Positions 24,048 to 37,959 of a stretch of DNA of 54,236 bases are shown in pieces. A model generated the notes under the pieces. That model was given only the letters and a program-made list of their open reading frames with translations. It did not search any database and was not told the DNA's origin. This stretch comes from Chromera velia. Lineage: Eukaryota. Location of the stretch: assembly GCA_018398765.1 (NCBI GenBank), contig JAHBMJ010000195.1, positions 1-54,236 of the forward strand, written 5' to 3'. The position numbers and the translations under genes are program-made. The number at the start of each line of letters is the position of its first letter. The first letter of the stretch is position 1.

Positions 24048-24483
24048 CTTCGGCAGGGAGGGCGCGGGTCCGGGCGGCCGTCGCGTCCTCGGAAGCTCCG
24101 ACCGGGACTTGATGCGATCGCATACGCGCCTGCAGCAGCCAGTGTAAATGTGTGTCAAGCCGTGCGTATTTGCTTCGATCTGTGTCGGCTTTGAGAGAAA
24201 GAAATTGTTTCCCTTCCCGCACATCACATGAGGGCCCTCCCTTTCTCAATTCGTCACAGCAGCTGTCGAAGAAGTGAAGAGGCCGCAGAAGGATGGAGTT
24301 TTGTCTTCAAAAGAGAAAGAAGACTTGTACGTCTGTGAAGGATACATAACTATGGCACTTGAGAAAAGACCGCGAAAGGCCGAGCTTCCACAGCCATACA
24401 GCCAGTCTCCCCATTTAGACGAGACGAGACCTGCAGCAAACCTACTCACCTGAAAACTTCACAGGCGTCCTCTATAGCTGGTC

Positions 24484-26770
24484 TCATTGACAAAAGTTCC
24501 TCTCCGTCCCCGCTTCGCGTGAAGGCAAAAAAGAGCATATAGCAATTCCCCGTCTTTCCAGGACCAACGCTGTCACTCAACGGCCCGTCATTGTCTCCGT
24601 AGAGGTCCAAGTCGCTCTGCATTCACTCACTCATAGGAACACAAACAATCAGACTCAGCCACATACACAGATAGATGCGCGTGCCTGTATGCACATGAAG
24701 ACACGCTCACAGGCATCAACACACGCGCCCGCACCTACACGTGCACTTAATTCTGTAAAAAACGCATACACATGCAACGAGCATGCAAGAGAGAGATAAA
24801 CCGGCAGCCAGACAGACAGGCAGGCAGGCAGGCAGGCAGGCAGAGAGAAACACAACACATGCGAGAAGGAGAGCAACGGGACCAAACCAAGGAAGAGGCA
24901 CGCAGCCAAACAAACAAACAAACGAAAAACAAATATGACAATGAAATGAACGTCTGTCTGACCAATCCGAAGGGGCCCCCAGGCATCATCATTAAAAAAA
25001 AAAATGCAATAAAAAATCAAAAAATTATTTTAAAAAATCAAACGGACCAATCCGAAGGGGCCCCCAGGCATCATCATCCACACCAGCTGCCAGCACGTCC
25101 ACTTGAACAGGACCTTGGGCGCCGTCTCCTTCTCTTTCTCCTTCTCCCCCTTTTCATTCTCCGAGTGTCCCCCCTTCTCTTTCTTCGCGGCTGCCTCGAC
25201 CAACTCCACCTCCCCCTCTATCTCCTCCATCAGGTCCCTCACCGTCGGGCAGTTGTTGACAGCCAGAAGGAGACGGCAGAGCGCAGGGAGACGAAGCAGC
25301 GTCTCTAAAGACGGACACACTTTCGATTGCCGTCTCTGCTTCGGCTGTTGAGGGGTCTCTGCCCCCATCTTCCGCTGCGGTGCCTCCACAGTGCCCCCTC
25401 CTCCGCCTGCTGGGTGTGGGTGCAGCGTTGCGGGCCCATTGGCTGCCTGCGGGCCGTCTCCTCCTCCTCCCAGCAGCACAACGGGTTGATTCGAAGAAGA
25501 GATAGGGGAACGCGCTGACTGGGAGGTTGATGAGGAGGGGGCTCCCCCTCCAGCTGCTCCTCCTCCTTGGGGCGGCACCCCTTTTGCATTGAGCATCATC
25601 TCGGCAAGAGACAACCCCCTCCCGTCTGCAGCTGCCACTGCCGCAAGGACGGCATGTAACTCGGGGTCAATAACTTCTGCTTGTGCTGCTGCTCCTGACT
25701 CGGCTTGGGGGGGTGCAACAGATGTCCCCTCCCCGACATTGGAAGATTCGGCGGTAGTGGTCGGGACCCGTAAACCGGTCTGCAGTCCTCCCACAATCCC
25801 ACTAACGGAATCAGATTCGTCCCCCCACCCGACGGGGTTCAGAGCATCTGACGCAGAGGCAGAAGCCGAACGGGAGTGAGAAGAAGGAGAGACATTTCCA
25901 CCGAGACCCTCCATATCTTCGGCCCCCCACTCACTTTCTCTGTCTCCCCCCCTCGTGTCCCCGTCCCCATGCCCATCAGGCGGAAGCCCCGACCCCTCAG
26001 GCCCCCCACCGGAGACGGCCCCTTTTTTTGAAGAATTCCGATGGAGAACAGTGAGGCCTTCCCGACTCTGGTGCTCGGGTTCCTCCGGTAGGGCCTCTTC
26101 CTGGGCAGCTAGGGGAAGCTCAGGGGACTGCTTGGAAAGGGAGTCCTCCTTCGTGTATGGGGGTACAGCGGCCGTAGTTTGGTTGTGTGTATGCTGCTGC
26201 TGAGTGGAGTTTTGGGAGAGGCTTCTGTGTAACGGCGCGTTGAGAACTGCCCTCATCTGGTTACGAGAGGACGTGCGGGCGGGTGGAGGAGCCGCGTGGC
26301 TTTGTTGCTGTTGCTGCTGTTGCAGGTGCACCTCTCCCTGCTGCGGCGATGCTTTGAGGAGACCGGCGGGGTAGGGGGTGGAGGAGGGGGACATGGCTGC
26401 CCCCGGCACGTCAGCCAAGACGGGAGGAGGGTAAGGGAGGTTGGTAGAGTTCGTTCTGGACACCCCCCCAAGAGAATGGGAAGGGGAGGCAGAGGGCATC
26501 ACAGGATTCGTTGGCAGAGGAGGAAGAGCAGCGTCCGCAGCAGAAGGGGACAAGCCATATTGAGCGTTCGGCTGTGATGTTTGTTGTTGAGGTGGGTATT
26601 GTTGGCTGTTTGTCTGGCCGGGCATCTGGAAGCTTTCTGCTGTCTGATTGAGACCCCCAGCCATGGGGTTCATGTGGGGATACTGAGGGGAGGGGGCACG
26701 GACGGAGGCGGAGTGACTCGAGGAAGTGGCGGTGCCGGCATAGGCGGTCGCACGCTGCAGAAGGGGAACG

Positions 26771-26808
<38 letters not shown>

Positions 26809-27560
26809 CGCGCATATGCACGCATATACACACATGAACACGATCTGTTTCTGTCACACCACTCCAGCAGTTCTTCATACACATACCCGGACACTTACAG
26901 GCATCTCCATGCATAGGGGAGAACGAGAGACTTAGCTTTATGCACGGGAGAAAGAGAAAGAGACGCTTCTGCTATTCCACAGAGAAGAGCTAGGATGAAC
27001 AGTCAATCGACCTGTCTACCCCTCAATCAACTCTGTCTCTCTGACTGACTGACTGACTCTCACTCTCTTCCCTGATTTGGGCTTGCGTTTACTTTCATAC
27101 AGTATGAAAGTATTCTGTATGAAAGTAAACGCATGCTCTGACTGACTGACTCTCAGTCTCCTCCCTGATTTGGGCTTGCACCGCCTCTGTTGCAGCCCCC
27201 GAGGCCACAGTCTCCTGCGGGATGAGTCTCCAGAGTCCCGCCACGCTCTGCAGGGCGGCCTCAAGTTTGGCCTCCAGGACCCTTCGGCCCTCGTCTGCCT
27301 CCTTGATCTGCGCGTTCAACTGCAGCAGTCATTGGTTCAACCAGACACACTGATTGAAAGAGAAGGGAAATGGACAGCTGCCTATGAAAATTTATTTATT
27401 TCGTCTGCCTCCTTGATCTGCGCGTTCAACTGCAGCAATCATTGGTTCGACCAGACACACCGTGTGCAAAGAAAAGAAAGCAACAAAGAAATGCGGTGAA
27501 CGTACTGCACTCAGAGTTAGTTGCTATCTATGTACATGGAAGGAATGAGGCGCCTGTGTG

Positions 27561-27659
<99 letters not shown>

Positions 27660-28930
27660 TCCTTTGTGTTTTCTTTGGCGGATGCGGGATCCGTACTTTG
27701 TGAGGAATCACACAGACAGGCAGACAGACAGATAGACAGACAGACAGACAGACAGATAGACAGACAGATAGACAGACTATATGTTTGTTCTTCTTCTCCC
27801 TCTTTCTCTTCATGAACACCACAGACAAAAAGAAAGAAAGAACAAAGACAAAGGAACAGCACCAACAATCAAACAGCGTGGGCAGACAGACAGACAGACT
27901 ATATGTTTCTTCTTCTTCTCCCTCTTTTTCTTCGTGAACACAACAGACAAAAAGAAAGAAAGAAAGAAAGAACAAAGACAAAAGAACAGCACCAACAATC
28001 AAACAACGTGGGCAGGGGGCCCGAAAGGTGAGAGTTAAGCGCCCCTTGCCTCTCCACCTCCCGACAGACTTTCACGTGATCACTGGTTTCACACGCTACT
28101 CCTCTGCTGCTTCCACTCAAGACAAGGAAGAGAAAAAAAGGGAAGACAAGAAAACTCAACAAGTAAAAAAAGAAAAAAGAAAAAAAGAAGGAAAACTGCA
28201 CGTGGGGACCGGCACCGTCAGACAGACAGACAGAATGCCTAACTAACTGACCTTGTCCAGACGTGTGAGGAAGTTCTCAGAGACAGAATTCAAAAATTCC
28301 TCCAGACAGGGCACCTTGTCCACATCGGGTTGAGTCGGGTCGATCCCCTTGTCGCACACGAACGTGGACACCTTCCGCAGCTGTACGTTCTTCCGGGGGC
28401 AGCACGCGCACTTCCCGTCGGGTATTATTTCGGGAAGAGAGGGAGAGGGAACGGGGGGGGGGNGGTTGTACTGAGGGGGGGGGGCTCCAAGAAGGCACTA
28501 CTTGGGCGGAGGGGTGGGTCAGAAGAGGGGGCGGTGGAATTGCCCCCCGCGATGCCGAAGACCCCGGGGGCGGTTGTTGCGCCTGCAGGGGCATTCCTCC
28601 TAAGTAGGGCCCTGGCATGCTTTCACTGAATTGGGCCCCGGGGGGGGCCTGGGGCTGCTGCTGCTGCTGATACCAAGACGAGGATGTCCTGGAATCGAAG
28701 TGTAAAAGCCCGGGGGGGGGACCCTCAGGAGGGGCAGGGGAACGGCCAGCGAGACCGGAGACGGAGGCTGAAGATGGAAGCCCCATTGCCCCCGCACCTC
28801 TGTGGTAGGTCCCTGGCTGATTAGTGTGTGTGAGCCCCCCTCCTTGGCTGTACGTGGGTGCCCCCGATGAATCGTATGGAGACCTCCTAGGGCCCCCCTG
28901 TGCGTTCTTCTGCTGGGTCTCGTCTGACAT
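24484..28930 (-). CDS. Multi-exon hypothetical Pro/Gln/Ser-rich protein with a coiled-coil segment
   Basis: ATG 28930, with an apparent frameshift at the N/G-run near 28463 (likely assembly error). Exons about 28930-28252, 27319-27150, 26770-25048 and 24616-24484 (ends NFCQ-TGA). Confidence 0.65.
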
Positions 28931-29759
28931 TGGGGCAAGAAAGAGGAGAGGCTATCAAGGGAGAGACCGTCCCTTCTGCTCTCTTCTCTTCTCCGGTGGA
29001 GGCCCCCTCTCCTCTCCTCTCCTGGCTATGCGACAATCAGCCTGCATGGAGTAAGCACCCACAGGACAAAATGGAAATGGAAGCTGAGGCCTTTTCTTCA
29101 TGAACGGAAGTGAACGTGTAAACAGGGGGGAAGGAGGTGAGAGTGATTTTTGTTGGAGAAAGGAAGAGAGTGAGAACGGAAGAGATGAATGAGTTTCCAG
29201 AAGAAGCACCTGCTGACCTCCGCTGTTTGAAGAGTGCCCACGACCGTCAACCTGCTGTCGTTTCTTCCAAAAGGCCCCAGCCCAACAAAAGCAACGCAAG
29301 AGAGAAGCGAACCCGGCAACTGAAATAGCTATCTGTACATTTTCGGCGCCAGGGAAGAAGACCAATATAGAACGCAGAAACGGTCCCCGGAACGAACTTC
29401 GACTTACAGTCACTCTCTCTCCAGCTTGAATGGATCCAACACCACCCTATTCCTTCTTTGAGCACAAAGGAAGCACAGACATGCACAAGAAACAAAATAC
29501 AAAATGGTGAGCTCAGTCTGAGCTGGCTCTGGAACTCTTAAAGCTTTCTTGCAAGCTTGGGACGGAAAATCGGGACAGAGCAGACAAATGCCTCTCAAGC
29601 ATGTGCGCGAGAGGGGACGTATGATTTCTGCTGGGACGGAGAATTGTGGAGGAGACAGTCAGACACCGATAGTTTTCGGGAAGTGAAAGAGCTCTTACAT
29701 GCTCTTACAGCTTGAGCAATGAGCAGTCTCCAAAAAGTGTGTGTGACAGCCCCGCGACA

Positions 29760-29840
29760 GGCAGAATTCGAGCCGGCGCGCGCGGCCGGGGGGGCGTGCA
29801 TGCATGCATGGGGCGGGCCGCCCCGCGGCCTGCGGTGCAG
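29760..29840. promoter_or_regulatory. GC-rich divergent promoter region with TGCATGCATGCATG
   Basis: Lies between divergent ATGs at 28930 (-) and 29969 (+). Confidence 0.45.
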
Positions 29841-29968
29841 ACCAAGTCGCGGATCGAGGGGACGGACAGTCACGGACTCAGAGCTTCCGCCGGACTCGGC
29901 GAAGAGACAAAGAGACCAACAGAGCATAGAACGAAGAGAGGAGAGCCACATAGTCGGAAAACCCCACG

Positions 29969-32433
29969 ATGCAGTCTCTTCTTCTACTCCCGGCTTTTGC
30001 TGTTTGCCTTCTTTTAGGTTGGCCGTCTCCGTCTCTTGCCTCTCGGGGCTCTGAGACGGCGGGTGGGGGGCCTCTCGAAAGATTTCCTCCCAAGGTCCAG
30101 TTCTTTTGGACGGACATCGACCATTTCAATTTCGTCTCCAAGGTCAGAGACAGCTTCTGGTGCCTCACCTGTCCATGAGCTCATTTTCTTTCCTCTTTCC
30201 TTTCTCCAGTCGCTGCCGTCTCCGCCTTCACATCAAGATTTCCTTTCTGCCTGTCTTGTCATCTTTTCCTCCTGAGCCCCTCTCTGCAATTTGCTACACC
30301 CTCCTCTGCTCACCCTTTTCTGACCCTTCGGAGGAGAAAACAGCTTTCTGTTTTCTCTTTCCGAGGTGCCTCTACGAGTTCATTCGGAGTGAAAAATAAG
30401 TCTCCGTCTCCGTGCACTACCTGGTGTCTCGTCGTGCATCTTCACTGTAGCTCTGCTCTGAATTCCTTCTTTTTCTCCACGTTGTCATCTACTCTCCCAC
30501 ACCCCTCCCTCCCTTTCCCTGTTTCTTTTCTTTCCTTCCGCCTCTTTCTCTCTCTCTCCCCTCCATCTCCCCCTTTGACCCGCCCTTGCTTCCCTCAACC
30601 CCTCCCTCCCACCCTCTGTGTGTGTGTGTACGTGAGTGTGAGTACAAGTGTCTACACCGATGCTGGCTGTGTGCATAATGATGGCACATCCCCGTCTCGT
30701 CTCTTTGGCCTACACTGAAATGAACTGTCAGCAGAGTCCCGCCCAGAAGTTTGCCGTGAAAGTGCTGACGTACGATGGCTTCTACAACCGTCTCCCCGAG
30801 TCCCCCCTCTTGGTCTATTTGGGCAACGAGGGGGTGATCGAGAGTTTCTACAACAATACCGGGGCAATGTTCGAGATAGCAGAGGAAATGGGGGCGCTGG
30901 TTGTCTTCATCGAACATAGGTGGGTCTTGGTCTCTTCCCCGTTCCTCCTTTGTCTGTCTCTGGTTCTTTTTTCTGTCGTTTCCCCCTCCCTCCCTCCTCT
31001 TTGATGTCCTGCCGTACGCTCTATTCTGCTGTGAAACATCTCCACAACTCTATTCTTTTTTTTCTGAGAGAGCTGCGGTCTTCTTGAAAGACGACTCGAG
31101 TGAGTAAATTGGGACTTGAAGTCTGGAAATCGTTCTTTTTTTCCCCTCTTATTTTCTTGCTTCGCTTTTCTTCTTCCCCTTTTTTGCTGCGAATGTCTAA
31201 AAATGTTCCCGAAGCAACACACCCTTGGGAGCCCATGTATGCGTGTCTCTAAATGTGTTTGTGGATGTTTTTCATACGCATGAGATCTATATATCGATAT
31301 GATAATAAATGAATTGCAAGTCTGCATGCAGGTATTACGGTAACGGCACCTCCCTTCCTTGGGGGGGGAATTCTTTCACCGAAGAGCACTTGGCCTTCCT
31401 CACTGTCGAACAGGCAATGGGGGATTTTGCGGAGGTGCTCTCTCAGATGCGCACAGATCTGGAATGCACGGGGGCCAAGGCATGTCCCACTATTCTGTTT
31501 GGAGGCTCTTACGGTGCCATGCTTGTCGTGTGGTTTCGGCAGAAATACCCACACCTCTCTGTGGGGGGTGTTGCTGCATCTGCCCCTGTGAACACTTTTG
31601 CTGATGATTTGGATCTTGGGGCTCTGTTTTGGAATGCTTCCCTGTCTGTGTTCGGGTCTGAGGGTAAGATTGTGGGGTGGCCTCAGTGTGAGCAGACTGT
31701 GAAGAAGGGAATGGATGAGATACAGAAAAAGTCGTTGCGGCAGCTTTCAGGCACATTCCCTGTCTGCAAGAAGATGGAGACCGAGACGGACAGACTGCGT
31801 CTGGAGGCGTATGTGCGGGGTGCGCTGTCGACTCTGGCGATGAGTGACTACTCAGTTCAGGCAGACCTGATGCAGCCCCTGCCTCCCTTTCCTGTCAGAG
31901 AGGCCTGCAAAAGGATGCGGCAGCATGTGCGCAAAGGGAAAGGTTCGTCTCCCCTCCTGAAGGATCTGGTTGGAGCAGTGAACCTGATGGTGAACAGCAC
32001 GGAGAAGCTGGAGTGCTGGGATTTGGGAAGAGAGTTGATTGAAGAAGAAGGAGGGAGAGAAAGAGGGAATGCAGGAGAGGACTTCTCTGGGAATTTCCCG
32101 CCGTCTCTCTCTATGGGGGGCAATTCTCTTGGAGACATCTGGAAGGTCTGGTCTTTTCAGGTAATTGGGAGGGGGGGGTCTTTTCAGGTAACTAAGCGTC
32201 TGTGGTGGGGGCGGGGAGGGATGCATTAGTTTTGTCGAGCAGACAGACTTGCATGAATGCATGCGGACTTCGAGTGTACGCTCTTTTTTTTGTTCAGCAG
32301 AGAGTGTTAACAAGAAGAAGAAAGCTGCATTGGTTGTTATCCGAAAGAAAGAAAGATGCGGTCTTCTATTGATTCTCGACATTTCGATCAGGGCAACGGG
32401 TCAGATACACACACTGGCATCAATAGACAGAAA

Positions 32434-32471
<38 letters not shown>

Positions 32472-32496
32472 CACGGATACACTGTATGCTGCTTGA

Positions 32497-32538
<42 letters not shown>

Positions 32539-32583
32539 TGTGTGTCTGTCTGTCTGTCTGTCTGTGTCTGTCTGTCTATGTGT

Positions 32584-32615
<32 letters not shown>

Positions 32616-33115
32616 AGGTCTGCACAGAGCTCCCCATGCAGCCTCTGACTTCTGAGGATTTCGGCTTCCTCATTCCCTTCTCTGAGGACCATTCCCGCGC
32701 CCTGAAGGCCGCATGTGCCCGTCTGTTCCCCCACACCAAGTGGAGGCCGTTGTGGATGCGCACAGCCACGGGAGGCGACTCTCTGGGTTCCGTGTCGAAT
32801 CTCATCTTCAGCGATGGAGCCAAGGACCCCTGGGGGGCGGGGGGTCCGAACAGGGCGTGCTACGAGAGAATCGTTCAGGGAAAGTCCACAGAAGGCTGCG
32901 AGGAGATGAAGCCCCAAACGGGGTCTCCTCAGAGCTTTGCACTCCACCCCTCAGCTGTGCGTTTGTTCATCAGAGACGGCGCGCACCACGCAGACCTGCG
33001 CGCATCCGACCCGAATGACAGTGAGGAACTCCGGAGAGCGCGAAGGAAGGAGAGGGAGGTGATGAGGAAGTGGATTGACGAGGCATTGGGGAAAGAGGTT
33101 TTGAATGTCGCATGA
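29969..33115 (+). CDS. Serine peptidase family S28 (lysosomal Pro-X carboxypeptidase / DPP-II like), 4 exons: 29969-30142, 30732(or 30735)-30919, 31332-32160, 32618-33115
   Basis: Signal peptide. Motifs [36 protein letters not shown] (catalytic Ser), WFRQKYP, ASAPV, FQVCTE, DPW (Asp) and GAHHADL (His). Splice phases are consistent. Confidence 0.95.
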
Positions 33116-33604
33116 GGGGATCGATCGAGGCCGGGAGGATTGTCACTAAGTCGGTCGATCGAGCCTGATAATTTTAGCCTTCGATGATGCAGGTTACAGG
33201 TTGCAGGCTATCAATGGGTCCGCCTGTTCTTCTTTCATTTAATTAGACTTTTTGTCGTGCTTCTCGTATCACTGCCAAGACCTGATCATCCACCTTCTAA
33301 ATGATTTATTTACAATATGCTAATCTGATTCACTAAAGAAAAAAATGTAGAAGAAACACCTTTTTAAATCCAGTTTTTAATTGTATAAACTAAGTTAAAC
33401 TCTAGCTTAAACCTTAGAAAGAAGACTTACTAAATAGACTTATCATAAATAAATTTTCATTGAAAAAGTTTTTAAATTATTGTTAATTGCTAGATTTATA
33501 ATATTGGTTGCATTGTCTGTAGGATATCATAGTACATTCAATAATTTGTCTAGTATAGTGTATACATTAGCATAGTATACATGCTAGTATACATGCATGG
33601 TTTA

Positions 33605-34660
33605 CACTGAAACTATAGTGTGACACAATTCAAATTATGACACAATACCCTATACACTAGTACTAGTGACACAATGTTAAGTGCTAGTGATACAAATAAT
33701 TGTGTCACAATAGGTGTTACAATAGTTAGTGTGACGTAAGTATAGATTGTGTATAAGACTGCGTGGTGTGAGCGCAAACGAGCACCTTGCATGATCCTTG
33801 CATGCTTTCTGGGACCACATCAAAAAAGAGCGTGCGTCTCAGCCAGAGCAACTGGAATTAGATGTCGCATCTGAATTGTAGCAAAGTCAGTCTGACAGTG
33901 CAGGTACTAACTGATTGAACGATGGAACGATGACGTATGTCTAGATTGACAGACCTTCCGTCCTGATGTTATGAATATGATGAGCCCTGTGTATGTGTTA
34001 CAGTTAGAGTAAGTTAGGTATGATGAAATTGTCAGACAAAAATTGAAGTGATCCTAAACTTTTAAAGTTGACTAGCTTGAAATCTTTAGAGTCGTTGAAG
34101 TTTAGACTCACCTCATTCACTCGATCACTCACCTCACTCACTCATTCACTCATATCCCTTACTCACTCCACCCACTCATCTACTCACCCCACCCATTTAC
34201 CCACTCACCTCACTCACTCACTCACTCGCTCACTCACTCAACACTGGAGAAGAGCAAGGAAGGGGTGCGCAGCGGTTCATAGAGCGGTTCAGGCACAAAC
34301 TGCTGCTCGGGAGTGTTGCTATCCTAAGGGAGATGCTAGTAGTCTACAATGAGGTGGGACATGGCTTGACAGTTTCGGCTTGTATGGCTAAGGTTGCACT
34401 GCATAGTTTGTACGAGTTTGCCTACGAGTTTGCGCACCGCTGTACGTTTTTTTCGTGGGGTCATGCATGCACGCTTTGTTCATACATGCATGCAGTCCAC
34501 GCAGCCCGCAGCGGCTATGACGCTGCCCCATGACGCGTATCAAGCCGTGATCTATAACTATTTTTTCATACATAAGTGTGATTTAATTAAATCTATCAAA
34601 AGTTCTTAAAATTACAGTTATTATTTCACAATCTCCTTGTGACACACTATAGTTCTAGTG
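33605..34660. mobile_element. Non-autonomous CACT-ended TIR element (CACTA/CMC-like), copy 1
   Basis: TA-CACTGAAACTATAGTGTGACACAA ... TTGTGACACACTATAGTTCTAGTG-TA, with GTGACACAA subterminal repeats. Confidence 0.7.
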
Positions 34661-36758
34661 TAGCATACCATGGTGGAGTAGGCGGGAATATACTATGTAA
34701 TGCCCAAGAATGCCTACCGAGAGTACTGTTTCATTTTAGGCTTTTCTCATACAATTAGACAAGAAAGAAACTCTACCAGCTAAGTTGAAATGCACTTCAA
34801 ATTTTTAACCTGGGCGCATCCAAGCCTGAATTAATTTATAATCATGATTGATCATGATGTTCCCTCCAAGAACCATTTGTTATATATATAGTCCGATCGC
34901 GAAATGACGCTAAACGGCCGCAGCGATTTCGGACCCCTAAACCAAACAGCCAGATTCTAACTCTAAACAAATGAGACATACAAACAGATGTAAGCGGCTT
35001 ACATAAGAGGCACAGGTATAAACAACACCCCAAAAAGAGGATAGATAAAAACACACTCCAAAAAATTGTATGATTTCATTGGAAAAAAAGCGTGATTGAA
35101 AGGATCGATTGATTTCCATGGCCTCGGGATTCGCCCGATTTCCCTTAAACCGCTCGAACTCAAGTACACTGTCTTTCATTACAAATCCCCCCCCCGGTAT
35201 CATAAACAACATAGTACAATCAATGCATAATTTCAGGCTCGTTTAAGTTTCCGTAAAAGTGATGATTTTTTTTTTTAATATAAAGATCTATCCGTCTTAT
35301 AGAATTCAACAAGACAAACATACAAAAAGCAAAAAAAAATTGGGATGGATCTAGGGATGGCTTTGCAAAGACCAGATCGGCAGGTTCCATCAGAAGGAAA
35401 AAGGGACTCTTCACAGATCTACAACAGCCACAAACAACACAATAACACCATCTCTTTGGCGACTAAGCGGCACACTCATATGCGCAGTCATCAAGCTCAT
35501 ACAGCTGCAGGCAGCTACCGTCAGCCTACATACCCCCTAGCATATACCCCACACAGCACTCACCCGTGCTGGCCTGTCAGGGCAAGCATAGCGGGTTCAA
35601 TCAGAACTTATTCAGAAGGAAGAAGGGACTCTTAACACCTCTCCAACAACCACAAACGACACAATAACAACCTCTCTCTGGCGACCAACCAGCATACTCA
35701 TATACTTAGTCATCAAGCTTGTACAGCTACAGACAGCTGCCGCCAGCGTATATACATCCCACAGAGCACTCACCCATGCTGGCCTGTCAGGGCAAAGATG
35801 GCGGGTTCAATCATAAAAAAGAAGGGACTCTTAACCTAGCTCTTAACACCTCTCCAGCAACCACAAATGACACAATGATAACCTCTCTCTGGCAACCAAC
35901 CGGTATACTTATATACCTAGTTATCAAACTTGTACAGCCGTAGACAGCTGGCAGTGCCGCCAGCGTACACACACACCACACAGCACTTACCCGTGCTAGC
36001 CTGTCAGGGCAAGGATGGCGGGTTCAATCATATTAAGAAAGAAGGGACTCTTGACACCTCTCTAGCAACCACAAATGACACAATGACAACCTCTCTCTGG
36101 CGACCAACCGGCATACTCACATACCTAGTCAATGACATCAAACTTGTACAGCCGCAGACAGCTGTCACCAGCGTATACACACCCCACACAGCACTTACCC
36201 ATGCTGGCCTGTCAGGGCAAGGATGACGGGTTCAATCATAAGAAAGAAGGGACTCTTAACCTAGCTCTTAACACCTTTCTAGCAACCACAAATGACACAA
36301 TGACAACCTCTCTGTGGCGACCAACCAGCATACTCATATACTCAGTCATCAAGCTTGTACAGCCGCAGACAGCTGCCGCCAGCGTATACACAACCTACAC
36401 AGCACTCACCCGTGCTAGCCTGTCAGGGCAAGCATAGCGGGTTCAATCATAAGAAAGAAGGGACTCTTGACACCTCTCCAGCAACCATAAATGACACAAT
36501 GACAACCTCTTTGTGCTGACGAACCGGTATACTCATATACCTAGTCATCAAACTTGTACAGCCGCAGACAGCTGCCGCCAGTGTACATACACCCCACACA
36601 GCACTTACCCATGCTGGCCTGTCAGGGCAAGGATGGCGGGTTCAATCATAAGAAAGAAGGGACTCTTGACACCTCTCTAGCAACCACAAATAACACAATG
36701 ACAACCTCTCTTTGATAAGTAACCGGCATACTCACATACCCAGTCATCAAACTTATAC

Positions 36759-37959
36759 CAGGGTTGCTTTTCTAGTCGGTAACAGGTCTAGTCTACCGGC
36801 AATTGCCGGTAACTGGTAATCGCCTCAGTCTGCCTTCCTTTTTCCGACAAAAAAAATGATAAAAATTAGGGTCCCAAAAAAAAAATTTCACCTGCGGCGC
36901 CAACCTTCAAAAACATATTTTTAAGTGTTTATTGGCATTTGAAAAGCCTATTCACACACAAAAAAAAATTAAAAAAATATTTAAAAAATATAAATTTTTA
37001 ACTGCTTCACGGTAGCCTTCACTCCTATAAGTAGCAAAAAGTTCCAACAGCTCTAGAGTTTCTCTGAAGTGCTCTGGCCCACTTTTTTTTTAGTCCAGCC
37101 TATCATACTACAAGAGAAAGAGAGAGAAAGAGAGAGAGAATAAAAGAGAGTCGCTCTCCCTACCACAGGACCAAACAGTTTCCGTTCATGCTATTGCTTT
37201 CCTTATCTCTGTTTGCTTATATGTACAGGCCCAAATTGCCACCCAATCGACTTAATTATAATTAATATACACAAAGGTCCACTCGCCTTTCGCTCCTGTA
37301 CTCGCTCTCCCTGTCTCTGTCTGCTCATACATAAACCCAATTGCCTTTCATTCACATACTTGCCCTCCCTGTCTCTACAAACACCCAACCGCCTTTCGTT
37401 CCCTGTCTCTGTTCGCTTATTTACTTATAATTCTTTCATGTCTGCTTGCTTGCAGATGGCAAATCTTCACCCCCCTGGGTCTCCGGAGTCAGAGGCCCTT
37501 CGAGGCCTCAGATATCAGCTTTTAGCGGCGGGTCTTTCTTTGGAGGCTGGAGCACTAGATTGGGAGGACCACCCAAACTTTGAGGCGGACTCAGAGTCTT
37601 TCCGTTGTTGGAATCGCGCGGATGCATCTGTCTGGGCCAGCTGTGGTCATTGCGGCCAGCGGTTTTCTGTTTTTGGGCGCCAAGTGCAAGACGGGACCCA
37701 TTGCTTCGACCTGCGGCATCTTCAAGCACATTGGCCGCATAGCTGTCCCTACAGATGACGCATTGACTTTTTGAATTAACCTTAAGTCTAGCCTTAAGTG
37801 ATTGATTGATTGACCTATAACCTAGGACTTAGATTATTGAAAAGTGTTAGTGACTATTAGAATTCTGCCAAGTCTTTGCCAACTGCCAGCAAACTCTGCC
37901 GGTAATTACCAGTTACCGGTAATGAAGCTTGTCTACCGCCGAAAAAATCGGCAACCCTG
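36759..37959 (+). mobile_element. Non-autonomous hAT-type DNA transposon, copy 1
   Basis: TIR CAGGGTTGC/GCAACCCTG. 8-bp TSD ACTTATAC/ACTTGTAC. Subterminal TACCGG/CCGGTAA repeats. Confidence 0.92.
37456..37758 (+). CDS. 100-aa BED-like zinc finger ORF inside the hAT element
   Basis: ATG directly after a TGCAG acceptor. WEDHPNF..ASCGHCGQRF..GTHCFDLRHLQAHWPHSC. Confidence 0.55.
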   Translation: MANLHPPGSPESEALRGLRYQLLAAGLSLEAGALDWEDHPNFEADSESFRCWNRADASVWASCGHCGQRFSVFGRQVQDGTHCFDLRHLQAHWPHSCPYR

